From the IMG/VR virus record IMGVR_UViG_2930960728_000001: DNA of 64,000 nt; one strand, written 5' to 3'. The stretch comes from a virus. The first letter of the stretch is position 1, and every line of letters starts with the position of its first letter. Both the position numbers and the translations under genes were made by a program. Under the pieces are notes generated by a model. The model saw only the letters and a list, made by a program, of their open reading frames with translations. It searched no databases and was not told where the DNA came from. Positions 9,746-19,086 of this stretch are shown one piece after another.

Positions 9746-10208
9746 CGGTTCTTTCGAGTATGGAGGGCTAGCCGACGTTCTAATTGACGAAGTTAAAGAC
9801 CTTGTGGGATGTGACTTAGTTGAGCAGGACTTTTCTGGGCCGCAACGCGCTTACCCTTTTTTCACGTATAAAATAACCACGCCTTACATCAAGGACATGG
9901 AGCAAATGAATAACGGTGAGATGTTCGATTTGACGGTCTCAATGACTTGCTGTAGTGACAACAGCATTAAGGCTCAAGACCTCGCTATGAAACTCTTCAA
10001 GAATCTCAAATCTGATGCCGTGCGTCGCAAACTTCGAACAGATCACGATATTGTAATTTCCGATATTGATTCTTTCGACAACCGAAGCGTTTTTCAGTCC
10101 ATCAATTACGAACGGCGCGTTGGGTTTGATTTACACCTTCGAGTAGTGGATGACTTCCATGAAGATGTTCCAACCATCGACAAGATTAACTTAGACAACA
10201 CAAATTAA
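9738..10208 (+). CDS. Tail terminator/completion protein
   Basis: 156 aa, immediately before the sheath; YPFFTYKI and GFDLHLRV patterns. Confidence 0.7.
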   Translation: MTDGSFEYGGLADVLIDEVKDLVGCDLVEQDFSGPQRAYPFFTYKITTPYIKDMEQMNNGEMFDLTVSMTCCSDNSIKAQDLAMKLFKNLKSDAVRRKLRTDHDIVISDIDSFDNRSVFQSINYERRVGFDLHLRVVDDFHEDVPTIDKINLDNTN

Positions 10209-10220
10209 GGAGGTAGCTAA

Positions 10221-11258
10221 ATGACTGTAGCTACGAAGATTGGTGACATCATCGTTACGATTGATGTCAACCACCCGGTAATCCCTGTTGGGTTAGGGGT
10301 TCCGGGACTTTTTATTAAGGGTGATACCCAAAAGGACCAAGTGTACTCAAGCTTGGATGCCTTAGCGGCTGACTACGCGGAAGGCACTGACATCTATAAG
10401 GTGGCATCAGCATACTACGCACAACCGAATGCAGGGACTACGATTGAAGTGATCACCTACACAGCGTCCACGACTGATGCTGACACGAAGGCAACGACTG
10501 GTGGGATTTCTGCCGCTGCTGCGGCTTATTTCTTCAGCGTCTGGCACTTTGCCGTTGTTATCGGTGATAGTGATGCGGACCAGCTGGAACTTAGCAACTA
10601 TATTGAAGAACAGAACTTCAAGTTCTTAGTTGCGGAGTTCCCCACGCCTGACGCAGCGAAGGCTTACACCAATAAGCGGACCATTAACCTCATTCATAAG
10701 GCCACCACGGATAACTTTCCGGTGGCTTTTTTAGGTCGAGTAGCTAACCAGACGGTCGGCTCTGTGACGTGGAAAGGTAAGGGAGATTTAGTGGGTGTTG
10801 AGGTCGATGACTTGTCCTACCCCGAGTATGCAGCAATTGAGGCGGCTCATGGTATTTGCTATGTAGTCAAGGGGAAAAAGGCCGTTAGCTCTAACGGATG
10901 GACAGCTTCCGGAGACTGGATCGATGTCTTGCATGGCAGTGATTGGGTCAAGGTCAACATCGAATCATCTCTTCAAGATTTGTTGAACACGCAAGATAAG
11001 ATCACTTTCGATGATCTTGGATTTGCTCAACTCCAAGCAGTTGTTGAGAAGGTTCTCTCTACGGCCTATGCCAACGGGATTATTGCTTACAATGCCACAA
11101 CTAAGGCAGCTGATTACTCAGTTACGGCTGATAAGTATGCCGACCTGTCTGTTGAGGATATCAAGAACCGTCAATATAACGGGATTCACTGGTCTTACAC
11201 GCCTGCCGATGCTGTGCATGGTATGAAGGTCGGCGGTACTCTCGATTTTCCATACTAA
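10221..11258 (+). CDS. Tail sheath protein (DUF3383-like)
   Basis: SVTWKGK, GWTASGDWIDVLHGSDW, KITFDDLG and AVHGMKVGGT motifs typical of Firmicutes sheath proteins. Confidence 0.82.
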   Translation: MTVATKIGDIIVTIDVNHPVIPVGLGVPGLFIKGDTQKDQVYSSLDALAADYAEGTDIYKVASAYYAQPNAGTTIEVITYTASTTDADTKATTGGISAAAAAYFFSVWHFAVVIGDSDADQLELSNYIEEQNFKFLVAEFPTPDAAKAYTNKRTINLIHKATTDNFPVAFLGRVANQTVGSVTWKGKGDLVGVEVDDLSYPEYAAIEAAHGICYVVKGKKAVSSNGWTASGDWIDVLHGSDWVKVNIESSLQDLLNTQDKITFDDLGFAQLQAVVEKVLSTAYANGIIAYNATTKAADYSVTADKYADLSVEDIKNRQYNGIHWSYTPADAVHGMKVGGTLDFPY

Positions 11259-11272
11259 AGGGGTGAAAAATA

Positions 11273-11671
11273 ATGGCTAAATGGAATTACGATGCAACTG
11301 ATGTCAAGGTCATCGCTGATAACGAACCAATGTACGGATATCAACCTGGGGACATGGTATCAGGCGAACGAGCTAACAACTCCGAAGATTATGATGTTGA
11401 TGCTCAAGGCTGGGGTGTTTTTAGTACAAACAATGACATTCATGGAACTATCACGATTAACCTGTCTGCTGGCTCACCAGCGAACCTTAAGTTGATGGCT
11501 CTCGCTAATGCCCATAAAGAATTTACATTGAGTGTTACGACGCCACACGAACGGGTTTACTCGAATCAGGCCAAAATCCAAAAAGTACCATCATTTGGTG
11601 CGGGGACCAAGACCGGCGTTAAAGCATGGGTAATCTTGTGCATTGACTACAACGATGAAATGAACGAATAA
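11273..11671 (+). CDS. Tail tube protein (DUF3277-like)
   Basis: 132 aa after the sheath; HGTITINL.AGSPAN pattern. Confidence 0.78.
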   Translation: MAKWNYDATDVKVIADNEPMYGYQPGDMVSGERANNSEDYDVDAQGWGVFSTNNDIHGTITINLSAGSPANLKLMALANAHKEFTLSVTTPHERVYSNQAKIQKVPSFGAGTKTGVKAWVILCIDYNDEMNE

Positions 11672-11677
11672 AACTAG

Positions 11678-11709
11678 ACGCTTAGGGTTCGACTCCCTGA
11701 GCGTTTTTT
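11678..11709 (+). terminator. Hairpin with a tRNA T-loop (TTCGACT) and T tract inside the tail operon
   Basis: ACGCTTAGGG-TTCGACT-CCCTGAGCGT-TTTTT. Confidence 0.6.
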
Positions 11710-11741
11710 GTACCAAAAATTTATGTAAAGGGTGATTACAA

Positions 11742-12116
11742 ATGACTGTAGCAAAGAAAACTGTATCGCAAGACACTAAGGCAACTAATGAGGTAGCGAA
11801 GGCGCGGCAAAAACGTGATGAAGTGGAACGGATGCCACTCAAGCGGATGGGTAAGACTGAAACCATCACGGTTGATGATTACGATGGCCCCAAAGACTAC
11901 ACGTTCTTTTTCCCTGGCTTAAAGAAGGCACACAACATCGTTGACTTTGCGCGCATGGGGAATGGAGTTATGGATAACACCACATACAATGAGAGCCTTA
12001 TGAAAACAGTAATTGTGGAACCTCAGACGAATTGGGATTACTGGGATGAACATGACGGCTATGGTGAGGTCATGGAAAAAGCTGATCAGTTTCTTGGCAA
12101 ATGGCTGCGCAAGTAA
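11742..12116 (+). CDS. Tail assembly chaperone
   Basis: Position between the tube and tape measure genes. Confidence 0.7.
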   Translation: MTVAKKTVSQDTKATNEVAKARQKRDEVERMPLKRMGKTETITVDDYDGPKDYTFFFPGLKKAHNIVDFARMGNGVMDNTTYNESLMKTVIVEPQTNWDYWDEHDGYGEVMEKADQFLGKWLRK

Positions 12117-12126
12117 TCGAAAAGGA

Positions 12127-12297
12127 ATGCAATTGGAGCTTGCCTATCGGAACAATCGGCAGTATGAGTGGCCGGTTGAGATGGGGATTGCTACGCGTGA
12201 AGAGGTTGAGTTGGCAACCTTTGACGAACTAGAAATGTTTAACTATCAAGCCGATAAAAAATTTGAATTGATGCAAGGAATGGACCCGGAAGAATAG
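12127..12297 (+). CDS. Second tail chaperone segment (possible frameshift extension)
   Basis: Short ORF in the +1 frame relative to the chaperone, just before the tape measure; weak independent RBS. Confidence 0.55.
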   Translation: MQLELAYRNNRQYEWPVEMGIATREEVELATFDELEMFNYQADKKFELMQGMDPEE

Positions 12298-12311
12298 TGA
12301 GGTGAAAAAGT

Positions 12312-15300
12312 ATGGCAATCAAGCACACGACAATCGATATTGATTGGAAAGTGGATGATAGTGGGCTACGGTCTGCGGAAGGTAGCGTCAAAACACTAGA
12401 AACGGCAACGAAGTCGGCAACGACAGCAAGTGCCAGTTTCTCAGCCAGTCAGCGAGCTTCAGCAGCGGCCCAGCGAGAGTCTACGTCAGCTGCCAAGTCT
12501 TATACTGAGTCCCAACGCAATTCTGGACGACAGGATCGAGAGTCTGCGCAAGATAGGGCCAAGCTTAAAGAGCAGGTCAAGGAATACGAAACCGCTCTTA
12601 AATCCTCTCAGCGTACCATTGAGCTAACCAAAAAGGCTGATGCTTCCTATACGGAGATGCTGAAGGCCCAAGGCCATGCGCATGCCGCCAACAGTGACCA
12701 TATTCGGTCACTGCGCGGTACATACGCGAGCCTACAGACTCAGTACGGAAAAGAGATAACCCAGCTCCAGCGAGTAAAGACAGCTAGTGGCTCAACCTCA
12801 GAGGCCTATCAGGCACAGCGAAAGCGTGTTAACGACTTAGGCTTACAGATGGCTAAGACTTCTAACGAACTCAATGGGTTCAATCGGGCACAGAAGTCTA
12901 TGAAGTCGGCGTCTGAGTCCGCTAACCGTGTTTATGATAAGACCAAGGCATTGAGTCTAGGTGTCGGTGCAGCGTTTGTCTATGGAGCTAAGAAGGCCAT
13001 TGAGCTTCAGCATGAGTATAAGGTCACCAATAATTTGCTGACGACCGGTGGTGAAAGCGCAAGAACTTCAATGCGGGCCACTAAACAAATGCAGGCTGAT
13101 GGGGCTAAATACTCTATCCAGTATGGTAAGTCACAAAAGTCGATTGCTGAGGGGTACCAGGAGCTAACCAAACGTGGCTATACTTCCGAACAATCCCTTG
13201 GCTCTATGCAGGCATTGTTAAAGGCGTCTGTGGCTTCTGGGGACAGTTTTTCGGACGTTGTCCATGATTCAACGGCGGCCTTAGAGTCCTTTGGAATGCG
13301 GGCAAATTCAACTTCTGGCATGATCCGAAACACTAAAAAGGTCACCAATGAGATGGCATATGCCGCCGATTTGACGGCGACGGACTTCCATTCGATGGGG
13401 ATCGCGCTTAGTTATTCGGGTGTCAGTGCTAAGCAAGCTGGATTAAGTCTTTCTGAAACTTCCAGTGCAATCGGTATCTTATCTAACAACGGTCTCGAAG
13501 CTGATAAAGCCGGGACCGGGTTACGCAAGACGCTGTCTAGCCTACAGTCACCTTCAAAAGCAGCACAAGGTGCGCTTGATAAATTAGGGCTTTCAACCAA
13601 AGATTTCACCAAGAAAAATGGTGATATGAAGTCTATGGCTGACACGTTTAGCCTAATTCAACAGCATAGCGCCAAGCTAGGAGCGACTGAAAAGGCCTCC
13701 GTATTTCATAACTTGTTTGGGGCAACAGGACAGCAAGCCGGGGCCATCTTAGCCGAGAATGCTGATCAGCTTGGCAAATTAAACGAGAAGGTCAAGGATT
13801 CAGCTAAGAATGACTATACTGGCAAGCTGTCAGCCAAGAACATGCAGTCTGCTCAAAACCAGATTAACAAGTTCAAACAGGCTGCGTCAGGATTAGCCAT
13901 CACTTTTGCACAAACGGTACTGCCGTCGATTACTAAACTGGCAATCGGTATGGGGGGCTTGCTGGATAAGTTCGGCAAACTTGATAAGTCACAGAAGACT
14001 ATGCTGACGTGGACTGCTATTTCAGTAGCTGCATTAGCGCCGTTAGCGAAGGTTGTAAGCGTCGTTACGACACTTGGCGGAGCAGCGGTAAAGACTACTA
14101 GTCTGCTTGCAAAGATGGCCGGCGTTGAAAAGGCAGCCACTGGAATTGCTGTTGGAAAAGAAGCAGTGAGTGCATCTGGAAAGGCGAAAGTGGCTTCTTC
14201 CGCGGTAGCGAGTGGTTCTGGTAAACTGGCTAGTTCAGGATTAGTTTCCAAGCTAACATATGCTGGCATTGGTCTAAGCGTTGGCAGTGATGTTGTTAAA
14301 GCAATTTATTCGGGTGTTGACAGCAAGCAAGGCGGTAAGGAGTTATGGCACGGCGCTGGTTCTGCAGTCGGCGGTGGAGTTGCGGCCGCTCTAAGCGGTG
14401 GAAATCCACTTGTTGCCACAATTGGTGCAGCTGTTGGTGGGGCCATAGGCAATGCAATTGCTGATAGTCCCATTGTTAAACAAGTAAATAAGACAGAACG
14501 CCAAAATATTCATAGTTACGATGCCAGCGCTAAAAAGAGTGGCTCAGCGAGTCACCAAACGCTACGAACTAATCCTTACGGTTCCGGTGCTGGTAATGAT
14601 ATTTCTGGCTTATCTGTGGGTAGTTCTAAGAAAAAGGACACAAAAAGTCCGTACGATAAATTACCTAGTTATGCTAAGAAAGCTATGGCTGATGTTAGCC
14701 AGACATTCAACCAAGGTCGCGCCCGATTAATTCAGGCAACCGAATCTGGGAGTAAGTCAGAGTCCAAGTCCTTGCTAGCTCAGAACGCTAAAACTTATTC
14801 AGGACTTAGCAAAACCGTTAAAGAATATGGGCGTACTCGCGTCCACGAATCTGCTAGTAGCTTAGACACACTCGTTAAAAACGGGTTAATTACTAAGAAA
14901 CAAGAGAAGTCGATTCTTGATAGTGAGAAGAAGTCTAATTCAAAGCGCGAGTCTTCAGCAAAAAAGGCCATATCCGAAGTTACGAAATCCGAGGCTAACG
15001 GCGGTAAGGGTCGTCAAAAGGCCGTTGCCAACGCTAATGCCAAAATTGCTTCACTGATGTCTCAAGGCAGTGCTAAGCAGAAGGTTATTTTGGGCAAGCT
15101 CAGCGACAGTACCAAAAAACTGTCTGCTAAGCAGGGTGCAGCAGTGGTTCAATCATCGTACAAGGCCATGCGAAGTACGATCAAAAATGCTAACACCACC
15201 TATACCAAGTCTAAGTCGGCAGCAGAAAAGAAATACAAAGCCGTTATGTCGGCGGCCGATCATGAGCGATATGTCACTGGGACCATATCTAAGAAACAGT

Positions 15301-18035
15301 ATGAGGCAATTAAGAAAAAAGCCGAAAAGACACGTGATAAATCAGTTGATGCTGCCAAAGATCGCCGCGATAAGACGGTAGCCGCGGCACAAGATGAACA
15401 TGAAAAAGTCGTACGTGAAGCACGTAAGCAGACCAAAGGACATTTAAAACAAGTTGACCAAGAGACCGGACAAGCTGTTGGGCTATTTCAGTCAATGGTG
15501 GACAGTATTAATTCAATTCTCACGGGAATTAAATGGCCTGATATGGACCATCTAACATCCAATGAGATTGACAAGGTAAGTAAGAGTACCGCCAAAGGTG
15601 CAGCAGCACAGAATAAGACACTTAGAAATATGGATGCCGGGAAGAAACATCCGGCAGCTACCAAGTCTAAGGCTACTTTCCGTACTGCGCCTAAGCTTAA
15701 TACCGGCTTTTCTGTTGGTGGATCAATCCGTAAGACCGGTATGGCAATGGTTGGGGAAAATGGCTCCGAGGTCTTACAACGCGGGAAGCAATTCAGCGTT
15801 GTGGGTGCTAAGGGTGCGCAACTTCTACAGGTACGATCGGGTGATCGTATCTACAACCACGCAGATGTTACCAAGATGGCACATGGCACTTTCAGCCAAC
15901 GACTCCCTAACTTTGCCGCCGGTACGACTCAACTAACCAGCTTTGCGGCTGGTAATGGAGCCGCTATGCCGGGGCTGAGTAAAAAGACCTCTAAAGACTC
16001 AATTTCGGAATCCAAAAAGATGTCGAAATCAGTCACCAAGAACTATGGTGATATGTCTAAGAAGTCTGCTTCGTCATTGAAACAGCTCAACAAGAAGAAC
16101 GCCTCGTTGTGGCACGATACGCGAACCGATGCAGAATCTGAGACCACTAAGTTACACAAGCAGGCGGTCAAAAAGTTTGACGACACCAAGGGCGACACGG
16201 TTTCGACGCTGAAGTCGATGCACAAGCAGTTTAACAGCGTCACAACGGACCTAGTTAGCGATTTTGGGTCCATTTTTGGCAAGTTAAAGGGCCAAGCTCA
16301 TGATGGAATGGCTGGCGCAATTTCTTCAATGAACTCTGGTATCAGCAGTATCGATACCACACTGGCTCAGTTTGGCGGCAACAAGTCTGTGTTGAAGCCA
16401 ATTCACTATGCAACTGGATCTAAGGGTCCAATCGCTAGTGACCAACTGGCAGTCCTTAACGACGCAACGAGTGGCCCTCGACAAGAATTAGTGGCACGCG
16501 GCAGTCAACTTTTAAAACCCGTCGGTAAGGATGTCATTACACCTCTGAAAAAGGGTGATGAGGTCTTTAACGGAACACAGGTGGAGAATGCTAAACCATA
16601 CCTACCACACTTCAAGAAGGGGACTGGTGCATCTGATGACAAGCTGATTAGTCTGGCTTCCAAGAATCATAAGAACCCAGACGCTGCTTGGAAACGTGAC
16701 TTTGATGACAAGACGACTAAGCCTAAAGGGTCCGACCTACAACGTGGGTTGACCACTACGGCCAAGGGGGCAACGGATTCTGTCGGCCCTAATTGGTACA
16801 AGGCGGGTTGGAACGTCATCAGTGATGCAATTAATGGCGGTAGCGGGGCCGGCGGCAACTGGGCTCACTCGCCAGGTTCTGGATGGAGCACAGGTGCTAG
16901 TGGCCAGAGATTTGGTGATACTGCTGGAAGAGGATTTCCACATGACGGTGTGGACTTCGGCGCAGCGCTGGGAACTCCATTTCATGCCATGCATGGTGGG
17001 GTCGTAACGCGTGCTGGAAATCCCGTTTGGGCCCCTGGTGCTTTAGGTAAGGTTATTACCGTTAAGAGTGATGACGGCTATCAGGAAATCTACCAAGAAT
17101 TTGGCGGAATGAGAAATATCAAAGTTTCCGTTGGCGACAAAGTTAAAACGGGGCAAACACTTGGTACTCTTGGACCATTAAATGGTGCTGGTAGCGGAGC
17201 TCATTTGCACGTCGGTGTCTCTCACGGGTCTTTGTGGGACCATGGAGGGACTTCAACTCACGGCTGGTACGATGTCACCAAGATGAACGGTAAAAGCTCT
17301 GGTGTAGATAAGAGCAAGTCGAAGGACACCGGTGTTGAAAAGCTCTTCAAGCGCGAGATTGGCAATTCAGCGTTGGCTTGGATTTCTAAACGTTTGCACG
17401 TTGCTGATGACTCAGGATCGGGTGGTACAAGCGCCGCTCCTTCCGGTAGCCATAAACATTGGTTAGAACAAGCCGGTATTCCTGCAAGTCAGTTTGACAC
17501 TTACAATTCAATCATTACACCAGAGTCCGGGTGGAATCCAACGGTTCATAACCCACATAGCTCTGCCTATGGTATTCCACAAGCCTTGCCAGGCTCAAAG
17601 ATGGCATCTGCAGGGTCTGATTGGAAGACAAATCCAATTACTCAGCTGAAATGGATGAAGAGTTATGTTAATGGACGATACGGAAGTATTGATAAGGCGT
17701 TAGCATTCAGAAAGGTACACGGTTGGTACGCAAAGGGTGGTCGTCCGAAGGTTGGCGAGTGGTCAATTGTTGGTGAGAAGGGGCCAGAACTCTTCAAGCC
17801 AGACTCAGCTGGGACCATTTATCCACACGAGAAATCGAAGCAGATTGCGAACCAATCAATGCCTTCGAACTCGCGGAGCGGTGGGAAACCCAAAATTGAT
17901 TTTCACCCAACGATCAATGTCAATATCACTGGTGATGCTGGTGGAAATGTCACGAAACAACAAGTTATGAAGTGGGTCAAGGAAGCGATGGGTGAAAGCT
18001 TTGAGCAGTTACAAGACCTGTTAGGAGGAGCTTAA
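12312..18035 (+). CDS. Tape measure protein with M23 peptidase and lytic transglycosylase domains
   Basis: 1907 aa; TP901-like core (GLEADKAGTGLRK), HDGVDFG...HLHVG (M23) and ESGWNP...AYGIPQAL (SLT). Confidence 0.93.
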   Translation: MAIKHTTIDIDWKVDDSGLRSAEGSVKTLETATKSATTASASFSASQRASAAAQRESTSAAKSYTESQRNSGRQDRESAQDRAKLKEQVKEYETALKSSQRTIELTKKADASYTEMLKAQGHAHAANSDHIRSLRGTYASLQTQYGKEITQLQRVKTASGSTSEAYQAQRKRVNDLGLQMAKTSNELNGFNRAQKSMKSASESANRVYDKTKALSLGVGAAFVYGAKKAIELQHEYKVTNNLLTTGGESARTSMRATKQMQADGAKYSIQYGKSQKSIAEGYQELTKRGYTSEQSLGSMQALLKASVASGDSFSDVVHDSTAALESFGMRANSTSGMIRNTKKVTNEMAYAADLTATDFHSMGIALSYSGVSAKQAGLSLSETSSAIGILSNNGLEADKAGTGLRKTLSSLQSPSKAAQGALDKLGLSTKDFTKKNGDMKSMADTFSLIQQHSAKLGATEKASVFHNLFGATGQQAGAILAENADQLGKLNEKVKDSAKNDYTGKLSAKNMQSAQNQINKFKQAASGLAITFAQTVLPSITKLAIGMGGLLDKFGKLDKSQKTMLTWTAISVAALAPLAKVVSVVTTLGGAAVKTTSLLAKMAGVEKAATGIAVGKEAVSASGKAKVASSAVASGSGKLASSGLVSKLTYAGIGLSVGSDVVKAIYSGVDSKQGGKELWHGAGSAVGGGVAAALSGGNPLVATIGAAVGGAIGNAIADSPIVKQVNKTERQNIHSYDASAKKSGSASHQTLRTNPYGSGAGNDISGLSVGSSKKKDTKSPYDKLPSYAKKAMADVSQTFNQGRARLIQATESGSKSESKSLLAQNAKTYSGLSKTVKEYGRTRVHESASSLDTLVKNGLITKKQEKSILDSEKKSNSKRESSAKKAISEVTKSEANGGKGRQKAVANANAKIASLMSQGSAKQKVILGKLSDSTKKLSAKQGAAVVQSSYKAMRSTIKNANTTYTKSKSAAEKKYKAVMSAADHERYVTGTISKKQYEAIKKKAEKTRDKSVDAAKDRRDKTVAAAQDEHEKVVREARKQTKGHLKQVDQETGQAVGLFQSMVDSINSILTGIKWPDMDHLTSNEIDKVSKSTAKGAAAQNKTLRNMDAGKKHPAATKSKATFRTAPKLNTGFSVGGSIRKTGMAMVGENGSEVLQRGKQFSVVGAKGAQLLQVRSGDRIYNHADVTKMAHGTFSQRLPNFAAGTTQLTSFAAGNGAAMPGLSKKTSKDSISESKKMSKSVTKNYGDMSKKSASSLKQLNKKNASLWHDTRTDAESETTKLHKQAVKKFDDTKGDTVSTLKSMHKQFNSVTTDLVSDFGSIFGKLKGQAHDGMAGAISSMNSGISSIDTTLAQFGGNKSVLKPIHYATGSKGPIASDQLAVLNDATSGPRQELVARGSQLLKPVGKDVITPLKKGDEVFNGTQVENAKPYLPHFKKGTGASDDKLISLASKNHKNPDAAWKRDFDDKTTKPKGSDLQRGLTTTAKGATDSVGPNWYKAGWNVISDAINGGSGAGGNWAHSPGSGWSTGASGQRFGDTAGRGFPHDGVDFGAALGTPFHAMHGGVVTRAGNPVWAPGALGKVITVKSDDGYQEIYQEFGGMRNIKVSVGDKVKTGQTLGTLGPLNGAGSGAHLHVGVSHGSLWDHGGTSTHGWYDVTKMNGKSSGVDKSKSKDTGVEKLFKREIGNSALAWISKRLHVADDSGSGGTSAAPSGSHKHWLEQAGIPASQFDTYNSIITPESGWNPTVHNPHSSAYGIPQALPGSKMASAGSDWKTNPITQLKWMKSYVNGRYGSIDKALAFRKVHGWYAKGGRPKVGEWSIVGEKGPELFKPDSAGTIYPHEKSKQIANQSMPSNSRSGGKPKIDFHPTINVNITGDAGGNVTKQQVMKWVKEAMGESFEQLQDLLGGA

Positions 18036-18682
18036 TGGTAAAACCAGTATACAAGCGAACTCGGGATGGGACTTCCGAGTTTTTTGGTGCATATATGCAC
18101 GAATACGGAAAGAATAAAGTGTCTCAACGAATCGGCATTCACGCTAAGACTGAGGATGATGATTCGGCTTCTGAGGTCACTCAGTACGCTATTGAAAAAG
18201 GCGAACCTATCACTGATCATTCGCGGCCAACAAGTAAGACAATTACCCTTTCAATCTTGATTCAAGAAGACACGATGGCTAAGGCTAATAAGGTTTGGGC
18301 TAAGTTGAATAAGTGGCGGTTCGATGGCACACAAGTGGTTTTTAAGGGGGCTGTTGTCTACTACAAACACCTTCAAATTGAGGACTTAACCCGTCATGGC
18401 GAAAAGTACACTTCGACAATTGAGGCAACCATGTCCTTGAAGTTTGTGCATTTTGCTAAAACTTCCCGAATCAAAAAGAAGGGTAAAAAAAGTAATGGTA
18501 ATAAGAAGCCCACTGGTAGCACTAAGTCTGCTCAGACTAAGGGCACTTATCGTAAGACTAAGGCCGGTGACACGTACTGGGGCTTCCATCAAAGCTTTGG
18601 GACGTCAATTGCAACGCTGCGTAAGTGGAACAAGTACCCGGATCGCAAGATACCTATTGGTGTTCGGGTTAGAGTTAAGTGA
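18035..18682 (+). CDS. Baseplate tube-initiator protein with C-terminal LysM
   Basis: TQYAIEKGEPITDH N-terminus; KAGDTYWG...LRKWNK...IPIGVRVRV LysM. Confidence 0.78.
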   Translation: MVKPVYKRTRDGTSEFFGAYMHEYGKNKVSQRIGIHAKTEDDDSASEVTQYAIEKGEPITDHSRPTSKTITLSILIQEDTMAKANKVWAKLNKWRFDGTQVVFKGAVVYYKHLQIEDLTRHGEKYTSTIEATMSLKFVHFAKTSRIKKKGKKSNGNKKPTGSTKSAQTKGTYRKTKAGDTYWGFHQSFGTSIATLRKWNKYPDRKIPIGVRVRVK

Positions 18683-18693
18683 GGTGAGTGGTG

Positions 18694-19086
18694 ATGTCGC
18701 AACGCGACTACATTCCGATAGATGTTGATGATTTGCCGGAAATTTTTGAAATTGAATTAGCAGATATCACCTTCAACTTTGGAGTTTCCTACAACGCTGT
18801 TGGTGATTTTTTTACGGTCGATTTATACGACGAGGACCTCAACCCAATCATTTTGGGTGAAAAATTGGTGTTGAATCACCGACTATGGGCCTATGTCAAT
18901 GATGACCGGCTGCCAGCGGTTGACTTGGTACCGATGGATGAGTCCGGACAAGCCACAGCCGTCAATGCTGAGACTTTTGGGCGGACAGTGTTCTTAATGA
19001 TTGATGATATTGACCCGACAGATGATCTTAGTAGTAATGATTATGTTGGAATTGGTGAAGACGGAGGTGATGATGATGGCAGCTAA
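18694..19086 (+). CDS. Baseplate protein (plug-like)
   Basis: Synteny; FGVSYNAVGDFFTVDLYD pattern. Confidence 0.65.
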   Translation: MSQRDYIPIDVDDLPEIFEIELADITFNFGVSYNAVGDFFTVDLYDEDLNPIILGEKLVLNHRLWAYVNDDRLPAVDLVPMDESGQATAVNAETFGRTVFLMIDDIDPTDDLSSNDYVGIGEDGGDDDGS

